Virus record (IMG/VR): IMGVR_UViG_3300009151_000002
DNA length: 57,765 nt
Origin: an uncultured virus (IMG/VR IMGVR_UViG_3300009151_000002)
Lineage: Duplodnaviria > Heunggongvirae > Uroviricota > Caudoviricetes
Reading direction: 5' to 3' (one strand)
Part shown: in pieces, positions 56,265-57,765 of the stretch
Position numbering within the stretch: position 1 is the stretch's first letter
How the letters are laid out: every line of letters begins with the position of its first letter
Program-made: the position numbers and the translations under genes
Notes under the pieces: model-generated
The model's input: only the letters and a program-made list of their open reading frames with translations
Database searches by the model: none
Told to the model about the DNA's origin: nothing

Positions 56265-56347
56265 TACTTTTTGTTTTTAGTTATTGTTAACCATTGAAGC
56301 CATCCTTTCAATGCTTCAATCTTTTGCTTGTTACTTGTCTTACTCAT
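56264..56347 (-). CDS. 27-aa micro-ORF, not in ORF track
   Basis: MSKTSNKQKIEALKGWLQWLTITKNKK*; ATGA overlap upstream and TAATG overlap downstream. Confidence 0.6.
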   Translation of the reverse strand: MSKTSNKQKIEALKGWLQWLTITKNKK

Positions 56348-56631
56348 ATTAATTTACTTTCTGTTTTTTTTACTTTTAAGAAACTATTCTCTAATTGCTC
56401 TTCTGTTATTACACTCAAGTTACCTTCAGTATCCTTTACAATATACTCATCAGGATTACATCTCTTAGGACCTAGATCAGTATGCACATATAATGTTAAC
56501 TGTTTTGTATTTGCTGGCATAATAAACTCAGCTTTTCCATTTGTAAATTCAAAGACAAAATTTCTGTTATCATCTACATATTTCAATACATCAACATATG
56601 CAGGCTTAGTCATATATCTTTCAATCATCAC
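56344..56631 (-). CDS. Small phage protein of the KYRKKPV...TLEG...GDYII family (possibly Acb4-like sponge)
   Basis: RYMTKPAYVDVLKY...VHTDLG....PDEYIVKDTEG is a divergent version of that family pattern; the link to Acb4 is from recall only. Confidence 0.45.
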   Translation of the reverse strand: MMIERYMTKPAYVDVLKYVDDNRNFVFEFTNGKAEFIMPANTKQLTLYVHTDLGPKRCNPDEYIVKDTEGNLSVITEEQLENSFLKVKKTESKLI

Positions 56632-56855
56632 GCATCATATTTATTATTTATAATATTCACAGACGGCAATTCTTCAGCTGCACCATCCTCATCATAGTCT
56701 CTTGCTAGTAAATCAAACTTTACTTTTTCTAATAACCCTACTATAACTGGAATAGTAGATTTATCAACCTTCTGGAGTCTGATCTCAAACTTATCTTCTA
56801 AATTAATACTGATTTCTACAAGGACTATAGGTTCCCTTTTTTTACTCTTACTCAT
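56628..56855 (-). CDS. Hypothetical protein
   Basis: 75 aa; preceded by TATATTTG (56875-56882) and the AAACCAACAAAC leader. Confidence 0.6.
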   Translation of the reverse strand: MSKSKKREPIVLVEISINLEDKFEIRLQKVDKSTIPVIVGLLEKVKFDLLARDYDEDGAAEELPSVNIINNKYDA

Positions 56856-56894
56856 ACTTAGTTTGTTGGTTTCACAAATATATGAATTATTTTA

Positions 56895-57060
56895 AATAAA
56901 AAAACCCAGGAAGTAATTCTTGATCAGAGAAACTTTCCTGGGTGTTGCTAACAGTTATACTTTACAGCTTTCCTGCGCAGAGAAGACCAGAGATAGTGAG
57001 CAGATCTTACGGTATGCTTACCTGGTACTGAACCTGCAGATCCTATCTACAGGGGAGTAT
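56895..57060 (-). ncRNA. Candidate structured ncRNA ending in a terminator
   Basis: GC-enriched region with no credible ORF. Hairpins CCUGUAGAU/AUCUGCAGG, ACCAG..CUGGU enclosing AGCA/UGCU, and terminator ACCCAGGAA...UUCCUGGGU plus U-run. Confidence 0.45.
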
Positions 57061-57088
57061 ATATTGTTGTTCTCTAAGAACAGGTTGT

Positions 57089-57165
57089 TAAAACAAAACC
57101 CTGGCTTTTTACACCAGGGCTTCACAACATACTAGGCTTTGCGGAAACAGCACCTAAACGACAGA
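57089..57165 (-). ncRNA. Candidate ~70-nt small RNA
   Basis: TATATTTG promoter box at 57167-57174, hairpin UAGGU/GCCUA, terminator GCCCUGG..CCAGGGU-UUUGUUUU; no ORF. Confidence 0.45.
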
Positions 57166-57179
57166 ACAAATATATACAA

Positions 57180-57420
57180 CTTTTCTTACCCCACATATAA
57201 TCTAAAAAAAATTTTTTATAAAAATTTCATGATGTGTAATAACCCCCCACTCATGTTACCACATGGTAACTTACCCCATGGTAATATCTCTCTGAGAGAT
57301 TCACTAATATATATTTACGGTATTTGGGGCCTGTATATGTAGTGAGATGTGGTTACCCCCTAGTGGAGCAACCCCCCGCCCCGCGCGTCAGGCCCCTACC
57401 CCCGGTGCTTGCTCAACCAC
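57180..57420. other. Strand-switch region with palindromes and GC-rich C-tracts (candidate packaging/terminus or origin element)
   Basis: GTTACCA-CA-TGGTAAC, TTACC-CCAT-GGTAA and ATCTCTC-T-GAGAGAT in tandem; four C-runs at 57372-57403 in an otherwise very AT-rich window. Confidence 0.4.
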
Positions 57421-57501
57421 ATATTGCATATGTAATATAACTATAACATTTTTTCTAGTGAAAAAATGATCAACCCTACATACATAATAAAATTATTTAT
57501 T

Positions 57502-57738
57502 ATGGAATCTAAATTTATTCAAACACAAACCTTTCTGGTGAAAGTTTTGTCTTCAAAGAAATTTGATAAAATGTTTGTTCTCAAACTTGTCAATAGTGAC
57601 AAGTTCTTACCCAGAACATTTGTATCCAATCTACCTGCAGGTACCAAGTCTGGTGACTTGATGTACCTTGACGGCAGATTGTACACTAATAAAGCTGGCT
57701 ATGAAGCCATCTATATTAGTTCAGCAAGACCAGCTTAG
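57502..57738 (+). CDS. Small hypothetical protein (possible OB-fold), first gene of divergent module
   Basis: 78 aa from MESKF, A-rich leader, followed by a terminator. Confidence 0.65.
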   Translation: MESKFIQTQTFLVKVLSSKKFDKMFVLKLVNSDKFLPRTFVSNLPAGTKSGDLMYLDGRLYTNKAGYEAIYISSARPA

Positions 57739-57760
57739 GCTGGTTTTGCTTTTCTTTTTT
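57723..57760 (+). terminator. Rho-independent terminator
   Basis: AGCAAGACCAGC-TTAG-GCTGGTTTTGCT followed by TTCTTTTTT. Confidence 0.8.
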
Positions 57761-57765
57761 CCCTC

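Noticed and set aside
2789..56653. Numerous short plus-strand and nested ORFs in the track
   Set aside because: Antisense or alternate-frame shadows of well-supported minus-strand genes, with no recognisable motifs.
56895..57345. tRNA genes, or the plus-strand ORFs 56920-57135 and 57139-57342
   Set aside because: No T-loop/D-loop cloverleaf pattern was found. The ORFs start at TTG, cross terminators and palindromes, and look non-coding.
1..57765. Stop-codon reassignment (TAG or TGA), known in some crAss-like phages
   Set aside because: Core genes are full length under the standard code. TAG (portal) and TGA (ATGA overlaps) act as stops at sensible gene boundaries.

Overview
Nearly the whole window (1-56855) is one minus-strand virion-morphogenesis (late) region of an AT-rich, crAss-like (Crassvirales-related) podophage. 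The host is probably Bacteroidota, judging by TAnnTTTG promoter boxes and the lack of Shine-Dalgarno sequences. The standard genetic code is used. In transcription order the region holds: candidate structured ncRNAs; a cluster of small genes including Tad1-, Acb2- and possibly Acb4-like nucleotide-signal sponges, GroES and DUF3310; tail fibres; a lysis cassette; wHTH/IHF/Zn-finger/PD-(D/E)xK genes; terminase, GIY-YIG HEG, portal, scaffold and major capsid protein. Next comes a cassette-like array of small Lys-rich proteins that also holds an LCIB/C-type carbonic anhydrase, two HEGs and a SET-domain methyltransferase. This is followed by ring proteins, a Dps-like protein, very Cys-rich structural proteins, IHF, the muzzle protein and two large putative cargo proteins, the last running off the left edge. 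A GC-rich palindromic strand-switch element and one plus-strand gene close the window. The most notable observations are: (i) a [FYMAKL]-[QK]-x-G-G motif shared by cargo proteins and the small basic proteins, a possible loading or cleavage tag; (ii) a SET enzyme embedded among histone-tail-like proteins; (iii) a 3'-UTR hairpin whose loop is antisense to a leader motif upstream of several start codons; (iv) a phage LCIB carbonic anhydrase; (v) an anti-defence sponge cluster; (vi) direct-repeat gene junctions in the cassette array. All family calls come from motif recognition and synteny, not database searches.
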